Shown: positions 1 to 10,386, numbered from the stretch's first letter. The stretch is DNA of 64,000 bases from Calditrichia bacterium (GCA_028284445.1 JANQRS010000068.1:205300-269299); one strand, 5' to 3'. Made by a program: numbers and translations. The notes: generated by a model not told the origin, from the sequence alone.

Positions 1-83
1 CAAAAGCAGCAAATCCCAATACCCGAACTCCAAGGCAGATGCCTTTGGAATTTGGATATTGGGATTTGGAATTTGTTCTTGTC

Positions 84-1277
84 TCAGATACTAAACACTT
101 CTTTGAACTTCTGAAAGAAGCCTTTATCCTTCTTCGGCGCAATGATGTTTTCCGAAGCTGCCAGCTCTTTCAATAGTTCTTTTTCCTGGGCATTGAGGCG
201 GGTCGGGACCCAGAGTTTCACCTGAACCATCTGGTCACCCTGGTTATAGCCGTTGATTTCCGGGATGCCTTTTCCTCGAAGACGAAATACTTTGCCAGGC
301 TGGGTGCCGGCCGGAACGGTAATTTTTACCTTTGTGTAGCGATCAAGGTCTTTTTCCGGTAATGACTTGCCCCCTTCTTCAAGCGTAAGGGTGGGAATCT
401 CAACTTCCGTACCGAGAGCAGCGTCCGGATAGCTGATATAGAGGTCGTAGACGACATCATTTCCATGCCGAACGAATATCGGATGATCCTTTTCCTCGAT
501 GGCGACAATCAGGTCTCCGCTTGGTCCGCCACGCGGCCCGATATCTCCCTTGCCTTGCAGGGTCAGGTAATTGCCGGTCATAACACCAGCTGGAATCTTC
601 ACTTCTACCAGCTCCTCATCGCGCAATCGGCCCTCACCGCGACATTCCGGGCAGGGGTCCTTCACCGTGCTACCGGTTCCCCGGCAGTCCGGGCAGGTCG
701 TTACGTTTACCATACGGCCAAATATGGATTGCGATATTTGCCGGACTTCGCCGTGCCCCTGACAGGTTTGGCAAGTCTGTGCTTCGCTACCGGCGCGCTG
801 GCCCTTGCCAGAGCAAGTTTCACAAGACACCAGTTTATTCAGTTTGATCTTTTTGTTAACGCCTTCAGCAATCTCTTCAAGGCTTAGTCGCAGAGAAACC
901 TGCAAATCGCGGCCTCGTTGAGCACGAGAACGGGTGCGGCCTCTGCCGCCGCCAAAAATATCGCCAAAGCCGAAGCCTTCCTCCATGAACATGCGGAGGG
1001 CATCACTGAGGTCAAAATGTTCGAAGTTGAAACCGCCGCCACCTGCACCACCGACACCTTCATGTCCGAAGCGGTCGTAACGCTGGCGCTTATTGTCGTC
1101 ACTCAAGACTTCATAGGCTTCAGCTGCTTCTTTAAATTTTTCTTCTGCCTCTTTGTCACCCGGATTTTTATCCGGATGATATTTCATCGCGAGCTTGCGG
1201 AATGCGCTCTTCAGTTCGTCGCCTGAAGCTTCCTTCGCGACGCCCAGGACTTCATAATAGTCCCGTTTTGCAGACAT
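84..1277 (-). CDS. dnaJ: Molecular chaperone DnaJ
   Basis: J domain with HPD motif (KYHPDKNP), a Gly/Phe-rich linker, four CxxCxGxG zinc-finger repeats ([32 protein letters not shown]) and a C-terminal substrate-binding region. Full length, 397 aa. Confidence 0.95.
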   Translation of the reverse strand: MSAKRDYYEVLGVAKEASGDELKSAFRKLAMKYHPDKNPGDKEAEEKFKEAAEAYEVLSDDNKRQRYDRFGHEGVGGAGGGGFNFEHFDLSDALRMFMEEGFGFGDIFGGGRGRTRSRAQRGRDLQVSLRLSLEEIAEGVNKKIKLNKLVSCETCSGKGQRAGSEAQTCQTCQGHGEVRQISQSIFGRMVNVTTCPDCRGTGSTVKDPCPECRGEGRLRDEELVEVKIPAGVMTGNYLTLQGKGDIGPRGGPSGDLIVAIEEKDHPIFVRHGNDVVYDLYISYPDAALGTEVEIPTLTLEEGGKSLPEKDLDRYTKVKITVPAGTQPGKVFRLRGKGIPEINGYNQGDQMVQVKLWVPTRLNAQEKELLKELAASENIIAPKKDKGFFQKFKEVFSI

Positions 1278-1493
1278 GCTAAATCCTTCCTGTATCCCGT
1301 CCCCCTACCAGAACGCGCGCGAAAGCGAGCCATTGCTGCTCAGGGAAATAAGCCTGATTGTTACAGGCAACTAAAGGGTGTATCATATTAGAGGTGCGAC
1401 AGGACTCCTGTTTACAGTTCAGCGTCCTGCGGAACATCTGTAATTATCGAATTAAAGCAACTAAAATTTAGGATGATATTTGTCGAAATACTA

Positions 1494-2534
1494 CTAATTA
1501 TTACCATGCTTGGCGGTAATGGACCGTGCGGTAAAATCTACCAGCGGTACCAGCTTGCGATAATCCATCCGGGTGGGGCCAATCACGCCCAAAATTCCGG
1601 CAATATTGCCGACCTGATAGCGGGCGGTAATGATACTGCACTCCTTCATACGCTCTTCAGTAATTTCCTCGCCAATTTGGATGCTGATGGACTCCTTCTC
1701 ACTCTCCTGTTCTTTGCTGAGCAGGTGAACGATCACGTCTCGCTCTTCCAGCAGTTCAACAATCGAAGACACCTTCTTAACGTCTCCAATATCTGTTTGC
1801 TGAACAAAGTGGTGTGTCCCCATAAAATAAATTTCAACGTTTTCGCCGAAATCGAATAACTGGTCTGCCTGACGGACGAATAGGTTCATCAAGCCGCTGT
1901 CATCATGCCGGACATCGTGAAATATCTCCCGGAACTTGCGACGAATATCGTTGATCTGGATGCCAAACAGCCGCTCGTTGAGTATGTCGGTGACCGACTG
2001 CAGTTTAGAGCGGGAAACGGCTGATTCCAGTTCCAGCGTAATGGTCTTGATCATTCCGGTTTGTATGGTGATGACAACCAGCAGCCTGTCCGAAGTGAGG
2101 CTGATCAGCTCCATGCGCTGGAAAATCCCCTCGTCAATTTGTGGCGTAACGATGATACCCAATTGCCGGGACAATTGCGAGAGGATGCGGCTGGCGTCTT
2201 TCAGGACATCATCCTGATCCAGCGTGCTCTGCTCAATCATTTCACGAATAGACCCTTTTTCATCGCTTGAAAGGCGTCCGAAGCGGATAATTTCGTCCAC
2301 GTACATACGATAGGCGCTGGTACGCGGTACGCGGCCTGCCGAAGTATGCGGTTGAAAGATGTAGCCCTTCTGTTCCAGCAACGACATGGTATTGCGGATA
2401 GAAGCCGGGCTCATGCCTAATTTACTCTTTTTGGAGATAAGCGAAGAACTGACCGGCGTGGCGGTGGTGATAAATCGCTGAACGATTTCACCAAGGATGA
2501 GTTTTTCTCGTGCTGTCAGCGTACTGGCAACCAT
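1494..2534 (-). CDS. hrcA: Heat-inducible transcription repressor HrcA
   Basis: 346-aa protein whose N-terminus (LTAREKLILGEIVQRFI...SSSLISKKSKLGMSPASIRNTMSLLEQKGYI) matches the HrcA winged-helix family over its whole length. Lies immediately upstream of dnaJ on the same strand. Confidence 0.9.
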   Translation of the reverse strand: MVASTLTAREKLILGEIVQRFITTATPVSSSLISKKSKLGMSPASIRNTMSLLEQKGYIFQPHTSAGRVPRTSAYRMYVDEIIRFGRLSSDEKGSIREMIEQSTLDQDDVLKDASRILSQLSRQLGIIVTPQIDEGIFQRMELISLTSDRLLVVITIQTGMIKTITLELESAVSRSKLQSVTDILNERLFGIQINDIRRKFREIFHDVRHDDSGLMNLFVRQADQLFDFGENVEIYFMGTHHFVQQTDIGDVKKVSSIVELLEERDVIVHLLSKEQESEKESISIQIGEEITEERMKECSIITARYQVGNIAGILGVIGPTRMDYRKLVPLVDFTARSITAKHGNN

Positions 2535-3209
2535 TGGAATCCTGAGCCTTTTCCTTACCAGTGACTATCGGTCGATACAATCTCTTATTCAGTATTTCTT
2601 GTTGATAGTACAACTTTATACTACTCCCTGAAATAATAGTAGTTCCTCATCACAGAATCAACAATTGTGAAAAATTAAAGAAAAAAATCTCTTATTGAAT
2701 GGACGTTGAAGACGCAGAAAGATGTAAATATATGTTCACTATTGAAGTTAGCGTCTTTTTCACCGGAAATCGGGTTGGATTTCTGATATTTTTTGCATGC
2801 CCATAACCTGTTGTTGGTACTTGCTTTACCGGAAAAATTGCTGGTTTTGGCTAAAAAATATCGCATTAAATACGGCGAAATCGGGCTTTGGCAATATCGT
2901 GATTTAAGTCATAGAATCGCATATTTTCTTTTGAAGACAAGTGCAAAAATTCATTTGTTTAAGATGTTTAAAAACAATGTCTTGTGAATCATTGCGTTTC
3001 GTCGGTTGAGGATAATTATATCCGAAAAACGTATTAAAATTTTTCCTTGATTTATTGCCGTCAAGCAGCTATTTTTTTCTGCGAGTTTAATACAACTGCA
3101 ACATGCAAGAACACAGCAAAACCCCAATATCTTCTGCCAATGATTGTGCACAAAACATCCAATACATTCATACCTGCTAATACATATTCATTATCACGGA
3201 GGAGAGTAC

Positions 3210-5525
3210 ATGCCATCAAAGTCTGATCAACTCGACATGTCCGCGAGTAACGGATCAACCAGCAATGGTGCCACCCTTGATCCAAAAGAGATCGAACAGA
3301 TCATCGTCACCCCGCCATCTGAAATTGTCAAAAGAGACGGACGAGTTGTTCCTTTTGATGTCGCCCGGATTGAGAAAGCATTAGTCAGTTGTTTTAAAAG
3401 CATCGACAAAAAACCGAATACGCCTGTTGAGGAGCTGGCGAAGCAGGTTGTCAATATTGTTGCTGCCAAATATGAAGCGCCTTCAGTAGAGCAGGTGCAG
3501 GATATCGTTGAAATGGTTCTGCAGGCTGCCGGCGAATACGAAGCCGCTAAGGAATACATCCTTTATCGCGCTGAACATGCGAAGCAGCGTCAGATTCGCC
3601 CAATTCCCGATAAGGTGCGCGAAGCCTTTTCCGCTTCCGATCAATACTTTCCTACCCAGCTTCAGAAATTTCAATTCTATGACAAGTACTCCCGCTTTAA
3701 TTATGAACTGGGCCGTCGCGAAACCTGGGTAGAGACTATTGATCGCGCCGTAGATTTTCTCCGTGAAGTATCCGAGTTCCGCTTGCCGGCGCAAATGTAT
3801 GAGCGGGTTCGCAATTCGATGTTGCGTATGGATGCCATGAGCTCGATGCGTCTGCTGGCGATGGCAGGACCAGCGGCACGTCGCAGCAATATCTGTATTT
3901 ATAATTGTAGCTACATGCCGGTTGACAGCATTCACGCCTTTGTAGAAGCGCTGATTATTTCGATGTGTGGTTGCGGTGTTGGGTATTCGGTAGAAAGCCG
4001 CTATGTCGAGAGTTTCCCCCGTGTGAAGCGTCAATTAAAGGCCCGTCCGATTGCCTATACCGTCGAAGATTCTGCAGATGGTTGGGCAGAAGCGCTGCGC
4101 TTTGGCTTGCAGACCTGGTTTGAGGGCGGGGATATCGTTTTTGATTATTCAGAAATTCGTCCTGCCGGTGCGCCGCTACGTATAAAAGGTGGACGGGCTT
4201 CAGGACCGCAGCCGCTTCGTAAGATGCTTGATTTTGTTCGTCAGCGCATTCTGGCGCGTCAGGGCAGCTTCCTGCGTCCGCTTGATGCCCACGACATTAT
4301 GTGCGCGGTTGGTAATGCCGCTGTTTCCGGTGGCGTGCGTCGCACAGCAATGATTTCTCTCTTTGATTTTGATGATAAGGACATGCGCCTCTGTAAGAGT
4401 GGCGATTTTGAACGCCATAATAGCCAGCGTTGGAATGCTAATAACTCGGCGGTTTGGCCGGAGCGTCAGTTGAGCCAGGCCGAAGTTGCCGGACTGGTGC
4501 TCGATATGGTTGAATCGGGTCGCGGTGAGCCGGGTATCTTTAACCGTCACGCTGCCGTTCAATCCCGTCCGGAACGCCGTTTGGCTGCCGAATTCGGCAC
4601 CAACCCCTGTGGTGAAATTATTCTTCGCCCGAATCAGTTCTGTAACCTGTCGATCGCAGTTGCGAGAGCAGATGATACCTACGAGACATTGAAGGATAAG
4701 GTTGAAGTTGCCACGATCATTGGTACTATTCAGTCCATGGCCACTCACTTCCCGGGGCTGCGTCCGCAATGGCGTGCGAACTGTGAAGAAGAGCGTTTGC
4801 TCGGCGTTGATATTACCGGTCAGTTGGACAGTCCGGTTGCGCAGGATGCAAAAGTGATGGAACAATTGCAGCAGGTTGCTGTTGAGACCAACCGTCAACT
4901 CGCTGAAACCTTGCGCATCAATCAGTCTGCCGCGGTTACCTGTGTGAAGCCTTCCGGTAACTCTTCGCAGCTCTTTAACTGCGCGCCTGGTATTCACGCC
5001 CGCTGGTCCGACTACTACGTTCGCAATGTTCGCGTTGGCACTCATACACCCATCTTCAAGGTATTGCGCGATACCGGCGTGCCAATGGATCCGGAAAACG
5101 GCCAAATGCCGGAAACTGCAGATACTTGGGTAATTCACTTCCCGGTGAAGTCTCCTGAGGGCTCCAAGACCCGTAAGGAACGCAGCGCAATTGAGCAGTG
5201 TGAATATTGGCTGCAGAACAAAGTGCACTGGACCGAGCATAATCCCAGCGTAACCATCACCTATCAGCCTGATGAAGTGATTGATCTGTTCCGCTGGATT
5301 TGGAAGAATCAGGACAAAATTGGTGGAATGGCCTTCTTGCCGGCTTTTGATGCGCAGTATGATCAGATGCCGTTTGAAGAAATTACCGGCGAAAAATTCC
5401 AGGAACTGGCGAAGGAATTCCCGGAAATTGATTTCTCGAAGCTTTATCGCTACGAGGCAGAGGATTACACAACCGCTGCCCAGGAACTGGCCTGCCTGGC
5501 GGGATCCTGCGATATCGATTTCTAG
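3210..5525 (+). CDS. nrdJ: Ribonucleotide reductase, class II (adenosylcobalamin-dependent) type with N-terminal ATP-cone
   Basis: ATP-cone motif (VKRDGRVVPFDVARIEKAL) is followed by an RNR catalytic domain with the class II-type active-site region TNPCGEIILRPNQFCNLS. ATG at 3210 has a GGAGGAG box about 7 nt upstream. The ORF-track start at 3144 most likely over-extends into the leader. Confidence 0.85.
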   Translation: MPSKSDQLDMSASNGSTSNGATLDPKEIEQIIVTPPSEIVKRDGRVVPFDVARIEKALVSCFKSIDKKPNTPVEELAKQVVNIVAAKYEAPSVEQVQDIVEMVLQAAGEYEAAKEYILYRAEHAKQRQIRPIPDKVREAFSASDQYFPTQLQKFQFYDKYSRFNYELGRRETWVETIDRAVDFLREVSEFRLPAQMYERVRNSMLRMDAMSSMRLLAMAGPAARRSNICIYNCSYMPVDSIHAFVEALIISMCGCGVGYSVESRYVESFPRVKRQLKARPIAYTVEDSADGWAEALRFGLQTWFEGGDIVFDYSEIRPAGAPLRIKGGRASGPQPLRKMLDFVRQRILARQGSFLRPLDAHDIMCAVGNAAVSGGVRRTAMISLFDFDDKDMRLCKSGDFERHNSQRWNANNSAVWPERQLSQAEVAGLVLDMVESGRGEPGIFNRHAAVQSRPERRLAAEFGTNPCGEIILRPNQFCNLSIAVARADDTYETLKDKVEVATIIGTIQSMATHFPGLRPQWRANCEEERLLGVDITGQLDSPVAQDAKVMEQLQQVAVETNRQLAETLRINQSAAVTCVKPSGNSSQLFNCAPGIHARWSDYYVRNVRVGTHTPIFKVLRDTGVPMDPENGQMPETADTWVIHFPVKSPEGSKTRKERSAIEQCEYWLQNKVHWTEHNPSVTITYQPDEVIDLFRWIWKNQDKIGGMAFLPAFDAQYDQMPFEEITGEKFQELAKEFPEIDFSKLYRYEAEDYTTAAQELACLAGSCDIDF

Positions 5526-5666
5526 TTAGCCGTTGAGATGAAATCTGTAAGCCCCGATGGCGATCGCCGTCGGGGCTTTTTTATTGGAAAATCAGAAACA
5601 ACAGGAGAAGTTCTGCGAATACCAGAGTGGATCAACCAACCTACTCAACTTTATCCCGGAGGTTAC

Positions 5667-6515
5667 ATGTCTAAATCTTTAAAAATGTTTCAGTTGTTTA
5701 CAGGGATTGTTTGTTTGCTGATTGTCTCACAAAATGTATTCGCGCAGACGCCGGATTTTAGCAAGCTGACCGGTTTGGGGGAGGTGCGCTACCACAAAGT
5801 TGAATCAGAGATTATGGAGCATACCTATTATCTTTTTGTGCGGCTTCCGGCGGACTATCAAGAAGACAAGAAATATCCAACCGTTTATTTGCTGGATGGC
5901 GGGGCTACCTGGCCAATACTGGCAGCCTACTACAATTATCTCCATTTTGGCGAGGAAGTACCAAGCTCTATTATTGTGGGGATTTCTTACGGCAGCAACA
6001 ACTGGCGTAAAGGCAATATGCGCGGTCGCGACTTTACGGCAAAGTCGGAGGAGCGTGATTATTGGGGAGGCGCGCCCAAATTTCAGGAGGTTTTTGCCGA
6101 GGAGTTCTTTCCATTGATTGAAAAGAACTACGCATCCGATGCTTCACGGCGAGTTATTTTCGGCCAGTCACTCGGAGGACAGTTTGTGCTGCATGCAGCG
6201 CAGAGTGCGCCGGACCTCTTCTTTGGATATATCGCCAGCAATCCGGCGCTTCATCGCAATTTAGAGCTGTTCTTGAAAATGACACCGGAAGGGAGTTCCG
6301 GATCCGATCAGCCGCGATTGTTTGTTGGTAGCGGCTCGGATGACGTGCCGCGTTTTCGTGAGCCGGCGGTAAAGTGGATCGAACACTGGTCTCAGAAAGA
6401 AGGCCTGCCCTGGGCATTGAAAACGGCTACCCTGGATGGGCATACCCATGGTTCAGCAGTGACTGCGTCGTTCCGGCAGGGGATGGCCTGGGTGTTTCCT
6501 GATACCAAAAAATGA
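5667..6515 (+). CDS. Secreted alpha/beta-hydrolase, putative esterase (esterase D / enterochelin esterase-like family)
   Basis: Signal peptide (MSKSLKMFQLFTGIVCLLIVSQNVFAQ). The nucleophile elbow GQSLGG is preceded by YPTVYLLDGG, typical of the putative-esterase family. GGAGG lies 5 nt upstream of the ATG at 5667. Confidence 0.7.
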   Translation: MSKSLKMFQLFTGIVCLLIVSQNVFAQTPDFSKLTGLGEVRYHKVESEIMEHTYYLFVRLPADYQEDKKYPTVYLLDGGATWPILAAYYNYLHFGEEVPSSIIVGISYGSNNWRKGNMRGRDFTAKSEERDYWGGAPKFQEVFAEEFFPLIEKNYASDASRRVIFGQSLGGQFVLHAAQSAPDLFFGYIASNPALHRNLELFLKMTPEGSSGSDQPRLFVGSGSDDVPRFREPAVKWIEHWSQKEGLPWALKTATLDGHTHGSAVTASFRQGMAWVFPDTKK

Positions 6516-6533
6516 CCGTAAGGACATGCTGCT

Positions 6534-7424
6534 ATGAGTGCTGGAAACATATTGCTGCTACTTCTTCTGGCGGCCATGTGGGGGCCGTCATTTCTCTTTA
6601 TAAAGGTTGCTGTTCAAGAAATACCGCCGCTGACGATGTCCGCATTTCGGACCATGCTGGGCGGCGGTGTCTTGTGGTTCTTTCTGAGAATGCGTCGCCA
6701 GCGCATGCCGGGGCGTGGGCCGATCTGGAAGCATTTTGCCATCTCCGGCCTTTTTGGTCAGGCTATTCCCTTCGCTATGTTTGCCTGGGGAGAGATCTAC
6801 ATCGATAGCGCTCTTGCATCTATTCTGAACGGCACAACGCCGCTGTTCACCATCATTATTGCGCATTATTTTACTGAAGACGACCGCCTGAGCCGTGTAA
6901 AGGTCTTTGGATCGGTTGTGGGCTTCCTGGGGCTGGCGGTCATTGTTACGCCGGAGTTGATGAAGGGGGTTTCCGTTAATTTACTCGGCTTGATCGCGGT
7001 AACTATTCCGTCTCTCTGCTACGGCATCTCGATTGTCTACAGCCGCCAGACCTTGCGCGGCCTTGGCCCATTGGTCGCTCCGGTGGGCCAGCTGGGGATG
7101 TCGGCCTTGATGCTGCTGCCCTTCGCACTGTTCTTTGACCAGCCTTATGCCATGCCCTTGCCGTCTACAGCCGCCTTTACGTCGCTTGTGGCACTGGCCC
7201 TGCTGGGAACCTGTCTGGCCTTTGTCGTCTACTTCTATTTGCTTGAGCGCAATCGCGCCTCTCACGTGTCTATGGTGACTTATTTGGTGCCGATCTTCGG
7301 CATCATCCTCGGCGTTGTGGTGCTTAAAGAGAGCCTGGATTCCTACGCTTACTTAGGATGCGCATTGATTCTTCTAGGGGTGATGATTGTGAATGGAGTG
7401 TTTAAGAGGAAGAGAAAAGATTAG
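6534..7424 (+). CDS. DMT-superfamily (EamA-like) permease
   Basis: About 10 predicted TM helices and two EamA-like halves. The N-terminus LLLLLLAAMWGPSFLFIKVAV is typical of drug/metabolite exporters. Confidence 0.85.
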   Translation: MSAGNILLLLLLAAMWGPSFLFIKVAVQEIPPLTMSAFRTMLGGGVLWFFLRMRRQRMPGRGPIWKHFAISGLFGQAIPFAMFAWGEIYIDSALASILNGTTPLFTIIIAHYFTEDDRLSRVKVFGSVVGFLGLAVIVTPELMKGVSVNLLGLIAVTIPSLCYGISIVYSRQTLRGLGPLVAPVGQLGMSALMLLPFALFFDQPYAMPLPSTAAFTSLVALALLGTCLAFVVYFYLLERNRASHVSMVTYLVPIFGIILGVVVLKESLDSYAYLGCALILLGVMIVNGVFKRKRKD

Positions 7425-8004
7425 CGGGAAAATCTATATTCTTCACATAATCCTGCAGAAGCGGGAAAAACTCCCGGAAGTCAGTTTCAAGCTCAGCATA
7501 GTGGTTTCGTAATGCCTCGCCCCCTTCAGCCAGCCGATTTGGTCGGGAAATACGCCGCGAGATGCCGCCAAGCGCCCGATCAATTCCTTCAAGGTCCCGA
7601 TAGTTAACCAGCCAGTTCTGCTCCGACATATATGGTAAGATCCGTCGCAGGCGCGGAGGCAGTTCCTCTTCGTTTGCATGCAATATGGCGTAAATGCGAG
7701 TTGTAAAGGCCTCTAGTTTTTCAGGGGCATAATCATCCCAAAGACGTGCAAGGAAGTGATCATAGAAGAGATCCACCATCACACCTTTGAGCAGATGGAA
7801 GCGGGAATCAATGCGGCCAATGCTTTTCAGAACTACCGGGTGAGGATCCGTAAAGGCGTCTATTCTGCGATGCAGCCAAATACCGCGCTGGATGTCAAGT
7901 GGATAATTTGCGCCTTCGCCATGACGAATGAAATCGGCAATCATATTGCCAAGAATCAACGGCTCATCATCCCCGGCTAGAAACATGTGCGCCAGAAAGT
8001 TCAT
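7402..8004 (-). CDS. acpH: Acyl carrier protein phosphodiesterase
   Basis: N-terminus MNFLAHMFLAGDDEPLILGNMIADFIRHGE...HRRIDAFTD is near-collinear with the E. coli AcpH N-terminus (MNFLAHLHLA...HRRID..TD). About 200 aa, as expected. Confidence 0.8.
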   Translation of the reverse strand: MNFLAHMFLAGDDEPLILGNMIADFIRHGEGANYPLDIQRGIWLHRRIDAFTDPHPVVLKSIGRIDSRFHLLKGVMVDLFYDHFLARLWDDYAPEKLEAFTTRIYAILHANEEELPPRLRRILPYMSEQNWLVNYRDLEGIDRALGGISRRISRPNRLAEGGEALRNHYAELETDFREFFPLLQDYVKNIDFPANLFSSS

Positions 8005-8055
8005 CGCGGAAGGTAAGGAATTTGTCTTGGCAATGCCAGTGAGTATATCACAGAT

Positions 8056-8094
8056 GGCATCCTTTAGAGGGATGCCATCCCTCTAAAGGATGCC
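8056..8094. promoter_or_regulatory. 17-bp perfect inverted repeat (GGCATCCTTTAGAGGGA-TGCCA-TCCCTCTAAAGGATGCC) in the acpH/membrane-protein divergent region
   Basis: Reverse-complement check is exact. It is embedded in three tandem roughly 18-bp units (GATGSCATCCYTYTAAAGG). Lies 52-90 bp upstream of the acpH start. Confidence 0.4.
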
Positions 8095-8369
8095 ATCCGG
8101 CAAAACATCGAGATGGTGTATCCAATAAAGACGCCGTGTCTATAGAAACAACATCTACCAGCCATTTCCTGTATAAAAATTGCACTAATTTCACATTTTT
8201 CAATCTTTTTGCAATATCTCTCCAATTGCATCTTTCTTCAGAAGAAACAAACGTTTGTGTGCGGTAATTATAAAACAGGCATGAAATCTGCTCAAGCAAA
8301 AATTGTGATATTCGTCAAAATTGTTTGTGGCGGAATTTGCACCAAACTTGTTTGAGAGGAGAGTGCCTT

Positions 8370-9608
8370 ATGCTTACTGATACCGGGGTGCTGGTCCAGA
8401 TGATTCTGGCGGTGCTCTTATTTCCAATGTATTTCCAGGAAGCCTTCCTGACATTTGCCTGGGGAGCCGGTGATCCCTTTTGGATCATGATGGGAAAACG
8501 AACCTTGTTGTTGTTGCCGGTCTCAGCAATTATTTTTGCCTGCTGGCTAAGCGTTGCCTCACTGGTGACGGTCATCGTGCGGCAAAATCGCAAACACTTC
8601 GTGACTGCTGTATTTCTGACCTGGCTGGATCTCGGCAAGGCGATCGTCGCTTTCTGGGGAGGTTTTTTCAAGTTCTTCTTCTATTTGATTGTTGCCTTGC
8701 TGGCCTTGATCAAAGTAGTTGCGCTCGGTCTGTGGTCCATTATCATCGATATTCTCTTTACACCATTTCGCTTGATGCGCAGTGGGTTGAGCAACGTGAC
8801 AAATTCCCAAGTGCCATGGATTGCGGTCTTCCTTACCCTTTTCTGGAGCATCATTGAAGCGGTGATCTTCACCTATGTGACCACCCCGTTGGTGATGGAT
8901 ACCTTTGCCAATATCACCGGTGAGGAATTGGGTGAATATTTCATTCGCGTCCCATTGTTTATTTTCATGCTCTTTGTGATTCTTGGCAGTTACGCGGTTT
9001 TGTCCAATTTTGTAGAAGTTGTCAAGTCGAAGAATATCCCGCAAATAATTGCCATTGCAGTGATAGAAATTGTCGTGATGCTGGTGGAAGTGGTTTTCCT
9101 GTATCGTGAATTTGTGGATTCGCTGGTGCCGTGGATTGCACAATATTCGACCGATTTCGAACCCGGTATCTGGACGATTCTGGCAATTGCAACTTTTGCC
9201 TGGTTTGGGATTCGAAGCCTGTCCTGGTTCTTGTTTGCAGCAGCCGGGACCCCGACAATTATGGCCATTATTCAAGGCAAAGGGAATGAAGTTACCGGAA
9301 AAACGCCGGCAAAAACCACGCAACCGGCCGTTGACTATGGTGGTGTGACATCCCGCTTTATGGCGCGGATTAAGGCGGATGCAGATTGGGTGCGCGACAA
9401 GAGCGAAGAATTACTCGGTGCCTTTGTGCTGCCGCCGCTTCAGGTGATTGCTGCCGCAATAAACTTCTGCACGCTGCTTGTGAACGGCTACCATATTTTC
9501 GAATTGCCTTTAAGCAATATTCGTTCTGTCACCAGTTCCGGAAAACTGGTCGAGCAGCTTGCAAAAGGCAATGACGGCATGCAGCGCCCGGTGAGTTCAA
9601 CGAAATGA
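8370..9608 (+). CDS. Polytopic inner-membrane protein, function unknown
   Basis: Long ORF with about 10 hydrophobic helices. ATG at 8370 is preceded by GAGAGGAGAG. It is followed 20 nt later by the vWA lipoprotein gene, so the two are probably an operon. Confidence 0.6.
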   Translation: MLTDTGVLVQMILAVLLFPMYFQEAFLTFAWGAGDPFWIMMGKRTLLLLPVSAIIFACWLSVASLVTVIVRQNRKHFVTAVFLTWLDLGKAIVAFWGGFFKFFFYLIVALLALIKVVALGLWSIIIDILFTPFRLMRSGLSNVTNSQVPWIAVFLTLFWSIIEAVIFTYVTTPLVMDTFANITGEELGEYFIRVPLFIFMLFVILGSYAVLSNFVEVVKSKNIPQIIAIAVIEIVVMLVEVVFLYREFVDSLVPWIAQYSTDFEPGIWTILAIATFAWFGIRSLSWFLFAAAGTPTIMAIIQGKGNEVTGKTPAKTTQPAVDYGGVTSRFMARIKADADWVRDKSEELLGAFVLPPLQVIAAAINFCTLLVNGYHIFELPLSNIRSVTSSGKLVEQLAKGNDGMQRPVSSTK

Positions 9609-9627
9609 GTTTAAAAAGGAATTCGAC

Positions 9628-10386
9628 ATGCAGATGATGAAGAAACTAACGCTGACAGCTGCTTTGCTGGTGATGATGACTGCCTGCGTGAACGAGAATC
9701 CCAAGCCACGCTTGTCGCTGTTTATCGGATTGGATATCAGTGGCTCTTTCATCAAAGGCGGACACTTTGATGATGCCCTGGATTTTATGGCTCATTACAT
9801 CTACGGGCATTTGAATGGTATTGGCGGGTTGGATGTCCCACGCACGCTGTTTGTAAGCTCAATAGGTGGCGCCAAGGCCAATGAACCGAAGACTTTTTAT
9901 CCGATACAGACGTTTCAGCACAAGTCGGTTGAAGAAATTCGCGAACAGCTGGCGGAGATTTTTCCGAAAGATAAGATCAATAAATACACCGATTATAATG
10001 CTTTCTTTGAGCAAGTGGCGATGACGGTCAAGAACAAGAACCTGGTCCTAAGACCCATTTCGATTGTGATGGTGAGCGATGGACGGCCTGATACCCGCAA
10101 CAAGGGTGAAACGGATTTCAGCACTATCTCCGTGAAGCCGCTGGAGAACTTGTCGCGCAATGTTACCCTGCGACTACTCTATACAAATGCGGTTATGGGA
10201 AAAAGCTGGCAGATGGACGTCAAGCGCAACAGGGTGAAGGTCTGGACGCAGGATGCCGAAGTGATGACTTCCTGGAAAGATCCAACTATCCTGGAACCGG
10301 AGAAAGCATTTGAAGAACGTGAGCGATTTGTTGCATGGCTGGAGGATAATGTAAACTTCGGCGTGCGTGCTCGACGTGTCGATTAA
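9628..10386 (+). CDS. vWA-domain lipoprotein
   Basis: Lipobox (LLVMMTAC), MIDAS motif DISGS and a downstream VMVSDGRPD segment, all characteristic of von Willebrand factor A folds. Confidence 0.65.
   Translation: MQMMKKLTLTAALLVMMTACVNENPKPRLSLFIGLDISGSFIKGGHFDDALDFMAHYIYGHLNGIGGLDVPRTLFVSSIGGAKANEPKTFYPIQTFQHKSVEEIREQLAEIFPKDKINKYTDYNAFFEQVAMTVKNKNLVLRPISIVMVSDGRPDTRNKGETDFSTISVKPLENLSRNVTLRLLYTNAVMGKSWQMDVKRNRVKVWTQDAEVMTSWKDPTILEPEKAFEERERFVAWLEDNVNFGVRARRVD

Noticed and set aside
2535-3209. Possible cobalamin riboswitch or CIRCE in the long AT-rich region between hrcA and nrdJ.
   Set aside because: I could not find a B12-box-like GC-rich core or a TTAGCACTC...GAGTGCTAA palindrome by eye. 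An Rfam or pattern scan would be needed before calling either.
3483-5240. Antisense ORFs of 183 and 346 aa inside nrdJ, and the 339-aa ORF 48956-49975 antisense to the 1240-aa gene.
   Set aside because: They are shadow ORFs within longer, domain-supported genes on the other strand. They have no start signals and no recognisable motifs.
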